Origin: Lama glama
Taxonomy: Eukaryota
Reading direction: 5' to 3'
NCBI GenBank assembly: GCA_028534125.1
Contig: CM052816.1
Coordinates: forward strand, 26,352,001-26,416,000
Length of the DNA stretch: 64,000 nucleotides
The notes under the pieces are model-generated. The model was not told the DNA's origin, did not search any database, and saw only the letters and a list, made by a program, of their open reading frames with translations. The position numbers and the translations under genes are program-made. Shown here piece by piece: positions 50,209 through 61,824 of this stretch (its first letter is position 1; every line of letters starts with the position of its first letter).

Positions 50209-50745
50209 TGTTACCAAGTCCAAGCTCATACTGCTTTCTGCAGGACAGGCCAGTAAATAGATGAGGTCTTGGGGCAAGAAATAACGACTTTACTCAGAAA
50301 GCCATCAGAAGGATAAGATGGACTAGTGTCCCAAAGAACCATCTTACCCAAATTAGAATTCAGGGGTTTTTTGTATGCAAAAGGGAGAGGAGGGGTGTGG
50401 CTGGTTGTTGTAAACTTCTTGGTGCTGGCCAGACCCCAGAGGGGATGTGCTGATCCTTTGCTTTTGCAGCTGTCCATGTAGACCTGGTGATAATGTTCCT
50501 GTAACACCTCCAACAAGACAAATGTTAGTGTTTGTTCTGCAACTTTTTATCTCTATGTGAGTGAAAAGTATTATACCTTTAAAGGTCAAACCTGAAAGCA
50601 GAGCCTTGAGAAAAGGCTATTATGTCAGGCAGCATTCCTTTACAAAGGTGTGGAGCCAACATGACTAAGCACAAGCAGCAGAGCACAGAGGTTAGGACTA
50701 AAGGATAGATCCAGTACGGAGTGATGTTTGTTCTTCTCTGTTCCA
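50209..50745 (-). mobile_element. ERV1 solo LTR (MER41-like laurasiatherian family) inserted in a MIR
   Basis: TG...CA termini (TGTTACC ... TGTTCCA), 537 bp, 4-bp flanks AGTT and GGTT; GGACTAGTGTCCCAAAGAACCATCTT motif. Confidence 0.8.
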
Positions 50746-50985
50746 GGTTTCGGTGTCAGATAAGTTGATATATCGGAGTCAAGTTCTAGCTTTCCTACTT
50801 ACTATATGTGAAATGTTAGGAAAAAGAAATGCATTGTGTTTCAGCTTCAGGTTTTTTTTTTTTTTGTCTTAAATGGGCATAGTATCTATTTTAGAAGGTT
50901 ATTATGAGTATAAAATGAATATTGTGTGGATGTATATAGCCTTTAGCCCTGTGCCTAACATGTATTGAGTCCTTAAAAAGCTATG
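50746..50985 (+). mobile_element. MIR (continuation of 50185-50208)
   Basis: TTCTAGCTTTCCTACTTACTA...AAATGGGCATAGTATCTA...GTGCCTAACATGTA. Confidence 0.6.
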
Positions 50986-53936
50986 CTTAGCCTTCAAATA
51001 ATTGAGTGAAACCAAATTAACTTGATGTAGAATTTTCATGATTTTTTTAGTAAAATATAAATGATATGGAGAGAATTCATAATAGATGATGAACTGGAGG
51101 TTAGCCAAACACCAAAAAAATTTCTGGGGAAAAAGTCAGAGAATGATCCTATATGCTTAAGAGAAGCTAATAGTGGACAGTTGGGGAAGAACAGTCAAAA
51201 GCTTGTTTCACTAAAGTTAAAGGAGTTGATTATTTAATAAGAACATATCTAGGAAGTGGGCCTCTGAAGGTTAACATTACTTTTAAATACATCCCATTTT
51301 AGGATTGCCTCTCACAACAGACATGCTGAAAAGCTGGTCAGATGGATCTTGTATCACTCAGACTTGACCTGAGACATGTGGTTGCTCTGGGAAGACTAAT
51401 ATATTGGTACCTTTTATACCATATTTATTTATCTGTACCTCCTTTTTATCAGCAGCTAGAAGAAGCTGATTTTTTATTAACAAACTGTATGTAAATACAG
51501 TCTAACTTCACTAACTACAGAAGGGTGGACTGAGAAAAAAAAAACCCAAAATATTTCCCACATTTTCTGTAGTTTTCTCAATTTCCTTTTGCCATTTTCT
51601 AGATGAGACGGTATTTTGGGAGGCACAGTAAGGGGTTTAACATTTAGATAGTGAAACTGAATCATTCATTCCTGGCAAGCAAAGCAGCATGCATTATTGA
51701 TTTTTGACGCAGCCGACGGCAAGCTCATGTGCAATTCACAAAAGTACTCCACACAGACAGGTTGACACCAGTGTAGGGTGAAACCAATTTATATTTTGCC
51801 AGTTTATTCTGGCGCTGTTTCACTTCTTTTAGATCTGCAGCCTAGGTGAAATACCCAGCTTGTCCTTGAATTAATTTGGCTCTGAGTTCTACTCCAAAAT
51901 CTTATGAGCTGTTGAAACAGGATGAAAAAAAAAATATTCCAGGTACATAAGTCTTCTAGGGAAAGCAGCTCTGAAGACAGTACTTCATAGGAAATTCATG
52001 CCATTGGATTATCAAAAAGCCCTGCAGGTTAATTGGCAGGAATCATTGGAGAAGCAGAGACTTTTATGGTAACTGCAGTAATTAGGCTGGGTTGGCTGCC
52101 CCTCCACTGAGCACTGAGATTGAATGCATTGATTTTGTGGTGTTCTCTTTCTCCCAAAGCTTTCCTCTCGGTCAATAGGACAGTCTTCCCAAGTGATGGA
52201 AAAACATTCCTCATTCCTCAAACCATGCATACTTAGGTTGACAATGTTTCTTCAGACCACTTAGCATTGCTGAGGTGGTTACAGGGTAAGAATGAGAGAC
52301 TTGATGTGAATTTCTACGATGAAAGACTTATCAAGACAAAAATACACTAAGCTTGGAAGGAAAATGCATCAATAGATACATTTTCCTCTTATGCACTTCC
52401 AAATACTTAATGAAATTAGAATTTACTCCCCCAAGGCTTAAGTCTCTTTCCTCTCTTCCTCTGAATTAATTGGCCCCTTAGTTTCAGTTTCTGGTTTATG
52501 CATGGGAGAATATTAGGTTCAAAAGATTTCATGCTAATCTGTTGCCAACAGTAGACTGTCTTCTTGAAATTAGGAAGGAAACTGGGAAGGAAATGGCAAT
52601 GCTATGAAACATGTCCTCCAGTTCCCTGAACTATTATTGTTGTCCTCTGAGCAGAGATTAATCCTGAACAGTATTGTTGCTCAGGGAGTTTTTTGGTTTT
52701 TTTTAAAGATACTACCACTGGTTACCCAAAGAAGGTCAGGGGCACTGGAGAGTCAACTTATTTCATCCGATTTTACTCTAGCAGATCGTAACAGTGTTTT
52801 TTAATGCAGCCCTATCAGACTCAATTTTTATATATTTATTTCTTAAAGAACCTCTCTGTCCTTCAAAAAACTATCTGAATTGGTATCATCTTGATTTGCC
52901 TTGACTCCTTAGCTCTCACCCTGGTACTCTTACCTGTGACCTGTATTGGGGAAACAATTGAGAGAGGAAGCGTTACACCTTCCAGTTAACATTCTGGGTT
53001 CTTCATTGTTAACACTGTTATCAGTAGCCTCAGCAACATTTGATTTTTCTTTGTGAACTAAGCCCAGATCTTTCGAGAGTGATCCTTTTCATTCTTTTTA
53101 CTTTTTGATACTGTCAAATCTGGGGCAAGATGTTTTGAATACAAAACATACAGTATCTGTTTTCCAACAAGCCTCTTCTAGGAATATGAGAAGAGAATTT
53201 GTGTACCCAGAAACTCTCCTAAGAGACAATCCGCTACCAGACAGAAAACACAAATGTAGCCCTTAGGTGATCTCACGTGGCTTTGTGATTTCTCCTCCCA
53301 TCTGGACAACCAACGCTCTTTTACCATTAGCACAGTCTTTCCTTGCTATCTTTGCTGGGTGATGGCTGCTGGAGGATTTGGTTTCTCAGTATGTTTGCAG
53401 CATACTTTCTTCTAGCTGTTCCCATCTCATGCACTGCTGTCAAGTCTGTGGACTACCAGTACCCACCTCCCTCTCACACCACCATCACTCTCTCTACCCC
53501 TGCACTCTTTCTCCTCCCTGCCCCCTCACTGGTCCAGGCGCTGATCTGGGAGATACTGACATCAGCCAGAGTTGTTCATTGCGCAATACTGGGCCAGGTC
53601 CTCTCATACGAGTGTCGTAGCTGATGCTTAGGGCTCTCTAAGTTCTTTGATTTATAAGAAGATGAGTCATTCTTTCACATGACCAAGTAGATACCAAGCC
53701 CCCTCCAGAGGGTTTAGCTAAGAGAGTTAATTTAAGTATACCTGTTTGGACATGCCTTCTTTGACCCTAGGTGTTTTAGAGTGCGACACTATTCAGCTCA
53801 TCCTAAATAACTTACCATGACTCATCTCCTTTTTTTCTAAACTCCATATTTTAATGCCTCCATGTGAGGAAGGGTTTCTCTTTTAGCATCATCAAATTAT
53901 TATGGGAAAATCATGGTCCTTGGATCCAAATATATC

Positions 53937-54446
53937 TGTGGCAGATTGTACTTTCAAAAGATAGTCGTGAAAAGAACTCCCAATTCACATGCACTTCTAA
54001 AATCGTACCACTTCCCTGTAAAGAGGTGAAGTATAGCTACCCTCGCCTTCAAACTTACCCGGCTGTTACTTGTTCAGTAAGGTTAGATTATAAAAGCCAA
54101 TGACAGGTCTACCTTGTTTGCTGAGACACTAATTCTTGACACCTTCATGTTCCTTGTAAGCAGTTTAACAACCCCGAGGCTTTCATGCTGTTAGGAAGTC
54201 CCGCAGCCTGTGCAGAAGGACCCCATGTATGCCTTGGGTGTACATGAGGAGAGCTCGCCCTCACCTCTTCCAGTTCCCATCAAAATGTGACTATAACCAC
54301 AAGAACAGCAACCATGCCAGAACTGCGGAGGTAAATCCTTCCAGAGTTCAGAGTTCACAGAAACTGTGAGAGGTGAGGAAATGATTGTTATTTTAAGACA
54401 CTAACTTTTAGAATGTTTCATTATGTGGCAGTAGCTAACTAGAACA
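53937..54446 (+). mobile_element. MLT1G/H-like MaLR solo LTR
   Basis: TGTGGCAGATTGTACTTTCAAAAGAT ... CAGTAGCTAACTAGAACA termini. Confidence 0.8.
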
Positions 54447-54451
54447 ATACC

Positions 54452-54849
54452 TATATTAGTCAGCTAAGGTTGCCATAACAAAATCGCACACTTTGGAAGA
54501 CTTAAATAGCAGAAATTGATTTTCTCACACTTTTGAAGGCCAGAAGTCCAAGATCAAGTTTCTGGCCAATTTGTTTCCAGCTAAAGGCTCTCTTTGTGGC
54601 TTGCAGTTGGCCACCATCTTGCTGGATCCTCTCATGGCCTTTCTTCAGTGTGTGTCATAAAGAGAGAGAGTATGAGCTTTTTGATGTCTCTTCTGTAAGA
54701 ACAATAATCCCATAGAATCAGGGCCCCACCCTATAGCATCATTTAACCTTAATTACAACCTTGGAGATATCATCTTCAAATATAGCCACCCTGGGAGTTA
54801 AGAGTTTCAAGGTATAAATCTGAGGGGCTCAGACGTTTAGTCCATAACA
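54452..54849 (-). mobile_element. MLT1A-like MaLR solo LTR
   Basis: TATTAGTCAGCTAAGGTTGCCATAACAAAA...GAAGTCCAAGATCAAG...TTTAACCTTAATTAC...AGTCCATAACA. Confidence 0.85.
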
Positions 54850-55010
54850 ATGTTTGAGTACAAATTACAATTCTATTACTGTAAAATAGGTTCAACCTGA
54901 GCAATTTTCTTAACCTCTCTGAGTCTCAATTTTCTTTTGTGTAAATATAGAAATAATAATTCTGTCTCATCAGATTCTTTTGAGAGTTAAATGAGAACAG
55001 GTATGAGACT
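54850..55010 (+). mobile_element. MIR
   Basis: TAACCTCTCTGAGTCTCAATTTTC...GAGTTAAATGAGAA. Confidence 0.6.
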
Positions 55011-55204
55011 GTTTTATTCATCTCTAGAGAGTGGGGATAACAGGCCCTAGGAGGCCTTTTCATTCAGTTATGCCCTCTGACTACTGGTCTCTAATTGTCA
55101 TTCTAAGTGAAGTAAGCCCTGAGACAGCCTACCATGACCAAATCAAGTTCTTGCTTCAGTTGGAATAGCCAACAGCCAACACATTGTTAAAGAATCATCA
55201 ATTT

Positions 55205-56225
55205 TGAAACTGACATGGGCTTAATTTCCAGAATTTATAAACAGCTCATACAACTTAATAACAACAGCAAAAAAAACCAACCCAATTCAAAAATGGGCAA
55301 AAGAGCTACTAAACAAGCTATTCTCCAGTGAAAACATACAAATGGCCAATAGGCACCTGAAAAAATGCTCAATATTGCTAATTATCAGAGAAATGCAAAT
55401 CAGAGCTATAATGAGGTATCGCCTCACACCAGCCAGAATGGCCATCATTCAAAAGTCCACAAATGATAAATGCTGGAGAAAGTATGGAGAAAAGGAAACG
55501 CTCCTACACTTTTGGTGGAAATGTAGTTTGGTGCAGCCATTATGGAAAACAGTATGTAGATTCCTCCAAAGACTAGAAATAGGCTGACCCTATGATCCAG
55601 CAATCCCATTCCTGGGCATATATCCAGAGGTGACTCTAATTCGAAAAGATACATGCACCCCAATGTTCATAGCAGCACTATATACAGTAGCCAAGACATG
55701 GAAACCTAAATATCCATTGACAGATGACTGGATAAAGAAGTTGTGGTATATTTATACAATGGCATACTACCTAGCCATAAAAAATAGTAAAATAATGCCA
55801 TTTGCAGCAACATGGATGGACCTGGAGAATGTCATTCTAAGTGAAGTAAGCCAGAAAGAGAAAGAAAAGTACCATATGATATCAATTATATGTGGAATCT
55901 AAAAAAAAAAAAAAGACACAAATGAACTTATTTACAAAAGAGAAACAGATTCACAGATGTGTAAAACAAATTTATGGTTACCAGAGAGGGGAAGGAGGTA
56001 GGAAGGGATAAACTGGGAGTTCAATATTTGCAAATACTAACTATAATACATAAAATAGATAAATAACAAATTTATACCCCATATAGCATAGGGAACTATA
56101 TTCAATATCTTACAGTAACCTGTACTTAAAAAGAATATGAAAAGAAATATATGTATGACTGAAACATTATACTGTACACCAGAAACTGACACAACATTGT
56201 AAACTGACTATACTTCAGTTTAGAG
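55205..56225 (+). mobile_element. 5'-truncated L1 (ORF2 C-terminus and 3'UTR) with TSD
   Basis: ORFs 55342-55587 and 55630-55902 are L1 ORF2 C-terminal; TSD AAAGAATCATCAATTT (55189-55204) and AAAGAAGCATCAATTT (56226-56241) at a TT/AAAG site. Confidence 0.95.
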
Positions 56226-56241
56226 AAAGAAGCATCAATTT

Positions 56242-56400
56242 ATTCAAAACATGAATAATTCCTACTAGGAGCTTGGTGCTGAAAGGAAGAATTGATAAAC
56301 CATGATTGTGCCCTCAAAGAACTCACCTTTTGATGGGCTAGGCAGCCTAGGAACAAATATTCATATTGCAGTTTGACAAGTGCTTACTGAAAAGTGATAA
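56242..56400 (-). mobile_element. L2 fragment
   Basis: CATGATTGTGCCCTCAAAGAACTCAC antisense L2 motif. Confidence 0.5.
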
Positions 56401-56577
56401 CCATGGAAGAACTTGGTGACTAGCATCACTATCTCATTAAATCTTCACCAGAAGAGTCAAGAAAAGGAAAGCTTGGAGAGATTAAGCGACCTCTTTACCT
56501 CAAATCACATCTCTTGCAGGTGGCCAAAACAGAACCTGATTCCACATGATGTTACCTCATTCCCAGTGTCTTTATGT

Positions 56578-57990
56578 TACATGCTGAAGGAAAAAACCTG
56601 CCAACCAAGAATACTTTACCTGGCAAAGCAGTCCTTCAGGAAACGAGAGATAAAGCCTTTCCCAAACAAACAAAAGCTGAGGGAGTTCATCACTACCAGA
56701 CCTGCCTGACAAGAAATGTTGAAAGGAGTTGCTCCAGCTGAAATAAAAGGATGCTAATTAGTAACATGGAAATATATGAAAATATAAAATGCGCTGGTAA
56801 AGGTTAAGTGTATAGTCAGACATGAAGAGCATTACTGTAATATAGTGGTAGCTTAACCACTTGCCTCTAGTATAAAAGTAAAAGACAAAAGTATTAAAAA
56901 TAACTACAGCTATAGTAATTTGTTAATGGATACACAGTATAAAAAGATACATATTGTGACACCAAAAACATAAAATGTTTGGTGGAGGGAGGAAAAAAGT
57001 AGTTTTTGTGCATGATTGAAGTTACCTGCTTAAAACAGACTTTTCTAACTACAAGATGTTTTATGTAAGGCTCATGGTAACCACAAAGTGAAAACCTACA
57101 GTAGAACACAGAAGATAGGAATGAAATACCAAAGAATAAATGTAACTAAGGAAGTGAAAGACTTATACCCTGAAATTGGACCCTATCTTACACCACTCAC
57201 AAAAATTAACTCAAAATGGATTAAAGACCTAAATGTAAGGCCTGAAACCATAGAAATCCTAGAAGAAAACAAGGAAAAACCTCTTTTGCATTGGTGTTGG
57301 TAATGGATATGGCACCAAAAGTACTGGCAACAAAAGCAATAGTAAACAAGCGGGACGACATCAACTTAAAAAATGTTTGTACAGCGAAGGAAACAGTCAG
57401 CAAAATGGAAGAGCAGCCAATGTAATGGGAGAAAATATTTGCAAACTGTATATCTGATAAGGGGTTAATATGCAAAACATATGAGGAACTTAGACAACTC
57501 AAGACAAAACAAAACAAAAAACAAATGCACAAAAAATCCCAGCACATAATCTTATAAAAAATGAGCCAAGGAACTGAATAGACATTTTTCCAAAGAAGAC
57601 ATACAAATGGTCAACAGTTACATGAACATCACTAATCATTAGGAGAATGCAAATCAAAACCGCGGTGAGATATCACCTCACACCTATAGGGATGACTTTT
57701 ATCAGAAAGACTCACTGGGCAGAATGTGTTGAAAGGGAAGCCCTTGTACACTCAGAGTATCAATTGGTACAGCTATTAAAGGAAAACAATATAAAGGTTC
57801 CCTATAACATTAAAAACAGAACTGCCATATGATACAGTAATCTCACTTCTGGGTGTTTATCTAAAAGAAATGAAATCAGTATCTCAAGGAGATATCTGTA
57901 CTCTCATGTTTATGGTAGTGCTAGTCACAGTAGCCAAGATATGGAAACCACTTCAGTGGTTACTATTGAATGAATGGATAACAAAAATGT
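56578..57990 (+). mobile_element. Older L1M with internal deletions (ORF1 C-terminus, inter-ORF, ORF2 C-terminal pieces)
   Basis: KTCQPRILYLAKQSF...KQKLREFITTRP (ORF1); [30 protein letters not shown] (ORF2). Confidence 0.88.
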
Positions 57991-58770
57991 GGAAACTCTC
58001 ATTCATATTGGTGGGAATACAAAATAGTACAGTCACTCTGGAAGACAGTTTGACGGTTTCTTACAAAACTAAACATACCATACATTTCCACAGTCATGCT
58101 CCTTGGTATTTACACAAATGAATTGAAAACTTTCATCCACAAAAAAACCTTGTATTCAAATGTTTATAGTTGCTTTATTTCAAATTGCCAAGACTTGGAA
58201 ACAATCAAGATATTCTTCAGTTGGTCAAAAGATAAACCATGGATACATCTATACAATGGAATATTATTCAGCTCTAAAAAGAAATGCACTATCAAGCCAT
58301 GGGAAAAGCTTAAATGCATATTGCTAAGTAAAAGAAGTCAATTTGAGAAAGTTATGAACTGTATGCTTCCAACTGTGTTGCCATTCTGGAAAGGACGGAA
58401 GTATGGAACCAGTGAAAAAAACTGGTGGTTGCCAAGGTTGAAGAGAGGAAAGGATGAATACGCAGAGCATGGAAGATTTTTAGGGCGATGGAACTGTTCT
58501 ATATGATACTATAAATGGTGGATACCTGCCATTTTACATTGTCAGAACCCATAGAATGCACAGCACCAAGCGTGAACCCTAATATAAAGTATGGACTTTG
58601 GGGGATAATGATATGTCAACGTAGGTTCATCATCTGTAACAAATCTACCACTCTGGTAGGGGATGTTTGATGGTGTGGGGGGGTGGTGGTGGTTGTCAGA
58701 GGGAGTGGGAGAGAAAAGTCTACTTTCTACTCAACTTTGACATGAGCCTAAAACTGAAAAATAGTCTGTG
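57991..58770 (+). mobile_element. L1MC-type 3' end
   Basis: GTGAACCCTAATATAAAGTATGGACTTTGGG...GGTTCATCATCTGTAACAAATCTACCACTCTGG...GAGCCTAAAACTG. Confidence 0.85.
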
Positions 58771-61700
58771 TACTAAAAAGCAGCAGCAGCAACAACCCTG
58801 GCACCACTCATAATAGCCTTGTTCTTTCCTGTGGCTGACTTAGTGGAAACAAGGTGTATGGCTATCACAGTCTGTCACATGAAAGCAAAAGAAGAAAGCA
58901 TTGTTTCATGAACACGCAGGGTATTTTCCTTTCCTTTTCCCAAAGAGTACAGTCTAAGTTGTCAGCTTTTTCAGGAGGTTTACACTACTCTTTTCTCTAA
59001 ACTAGGTATTCAAAACACACTCCCTGATAAAGTCCTTTAATACCGAGCCCTAGGTTCTAGCTGCTGTTCTGTTAGGTAGAAGTGGTCATGGTGAAGTGAA
59101 GCAAGGAAGAGTAAAGACAGACCCATGATTGAATGGGGTTGCCAACAGATTGCCAGTTTATCCACACCATTCACTTCAGAATGAGCTGAGAACCACCAGG
59201 CTTTCAGTTATGATGACACCATTTACTTGAAACACTAGGAACTTGAACCTGTTTTATGGGAGAGTATTCCAGCTAAAACTCTTTGTTCTTAAACACATTT
59301 GTTGGGGTGGAGGTGGGAGGAAATGCCAGGAGAAAGTGAGTTTTTAAATATGGAAGGTTATATGGGAGCATATAAAAATACATCCATGTGTATCATTAAT
59401 ATGCATTTGGAAAATCTGAATGACCAGATGTATTTTTATGGCTTCCATGTCCCTATGCCATTCCTTTTTTTTGTTTGTTTTTTTAAATCTAAAGCATTTG
59501 AGAAAAATTACATCAAAAGGGAAAAGTCTGTTTCCTGTAGAGATTAATGTTACATGTTAAAATCCATACCCTGTCAGTTTACTGGGAGTGCTTACGTGCA
59601 GAATTAGTCCTATCCTAGGAAATAATCATAAATTTTTAGACTTTCTCTCATCTGGACAGCAAAATTTTATAGGGAGGTTTGCAAGCAGAACTGTGTTCAG
59701 TCCCATGCTTACAGAGTTTTCTGTTCTGATATATACATATATTTCCATCCATCCATTTGTCATGGGGTATGTGACATCACTTTGGACTTTGCTGAGATCT
59801 TCAGGGCATCTCCATAAGATCTTTAGGTACTGTGGAAATTCTTTAAATTTTCAAAATGAATGGCTCCTTAGGCTATAATCTGCATTAGTTCTGAGACAGA
59901 ATACAAAATGGGTTATCCTCAGATGTAAACTCTACCTCTCATGGTTTGGGAACCATACTGAATGTGAATTAAATATTAAATAGTGTGATGGGAACATTGT
60001 TTAAGATAAACTGGATCTTCACGAGCAGCCTCAAGGCTGAGCCTTTGCTCTATGCAGATTTTCTCTCAGGTCAGCCCTGAAGGTCTACAGGGACAGGAAG
60101 CTGGTCCATTGGTGCTGGACCATGGAAAAGCCAGTCTGGCTCCCCCATCCCTCCCTTCTCTTCCTTAACACTATATGCTGAGATTAATGGACCATTTTGC
60201 TTCAGCACTGAGGAAAACCCCCAGAGTTGTATGATCAGGAGATGTTGAACTGGCTCAGTTTCACTCACAAGCTGGTAACCTCGAAACTACAAAGCAAATG
60301 GCTAGTCAACAGTTGATACCACACAGCTTCTTTTGGTGGCTGCTGTGAGCATTTTTATTCTGAAGTCCTGTTGCTGGCCTTCACAAAGCATGAATGGAAA
60401 AATAATGAGGACAAAAAGTAGTCTAACGTGAGGCGGTTTATATCAGAACCAGGGCAGTGAGAATAAGAAATGGCACACTCGCGCGCCTAGGAGGGCTTGT
60501 CTGTAGGGGGCAGGCCCGCAGGTTCCCTTTCAAGGGCAAAAATAAGGGGCCAGCTGTTGAGAAGAGAAAGAATGGTGAGTTGAAGAAAAGAGAAAAGATT
60601 TTAAATTTCAAAAGACTGATTCAAAGAAGGTCTGATGGACTACTGGAGAAATACATGACCTGTGTAGTGAAGGAGATAGGTCCACAGCCTCCCTGCACCA
60701 TTTCTAGTTCCTTTGATCGGCAAGAAATCATTTCTTCTCCCCACTTCTGCACTAAAATCAAGTTTTCATTCTTCTTGGCCATGGGGATTGCAACATCTTT
60801 GATCTTCAACTTACTGAAGCAGCTGCCTACTGTTCTACTTCAAAGTAGGCTTTTATGACTTTAGGGTATTTTAATAAAGAGTTCTCCAACACCTGCTTGC
60901 ATATTATCTGGAATAGTAAGGAGCTATGTAGCTCATCAGGTGATACAATGCTGGAATCATAAGGAAACTTCTGTAAGAAAAAACATAAATGTTAGGGAAT
61001 CACTTTTTAAACGTTTACACCAGCTTTGTAAGGGTACATGCTCCTTCCCATATTTAGTCCCTCTGCTTATCCTCACTTATGCTGTTTGGAAATCAAAGTT
61101 ACATCCTCAAAAAGGATAAAGAGTTGGTTTGAAAGTTTCCTTTCTAAAGAATGTGTGAAAATGTGGCTTAGAAAATTGCCTTTATTTTTATCTAACATAA
61201 TATGAAATGTCCACAGTGTGGCAGAAGGTCAGGAAAGGGTCTTCTCTGCTGTGGAAATAAGTTTGCAAATAAGTCATCAAGCCTGTACACGTGGAGCTAT
61301 GCGAGGAACTGCAGGGTTTTTCTTTACCTGTGTAGAGGGAAGAAGACATTTTATTGGGTTTGAAAGTAGGAAGATACCTACTGTATTCATCTTAATGATC
61401 TGCTTATAGGAAAGAGAAAATGTCTTCTAGTTAGAGAAGTCCATGGTAGCCCAGTAATTAAAATCTAAGCTGTGAAGCATTTAAACCAACTTTAAAAATT
61501 CAGCAACAGATACCAAAATTCAGAAGTACGTAGAAGGAAAAGTTTTAGCTTTTCTGAAGATTGAGGGTTCATTATTGGGCTTATAAGGTGACAGGTAGAT
61601 AGTGCCAGGTGGGTGATAGATGGACCCTCTGTGGCAAAACCAGCCATCCATATGGGGAGCGCAAGCAAGAAGACGTAGGTATGGAGTTAACCTTTTACTT

Positions 61701-61824
61701 AGCTTCATCAAACGTTAGTGTTTTCTTCATATTCACTTTGTGCCTGCATACGCTCCCAGAAACATCTTTCTCCCCACCTCCCCCCAACCTTTTTCTGCTG
61801 GGCTGCTTGAAAGCCAGCTGAAGA

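Noticed and set aside
60457..60858. 133-aa ORF
   Set aside because: Non-ATG start, no recognisable domain and no convincing splice context.
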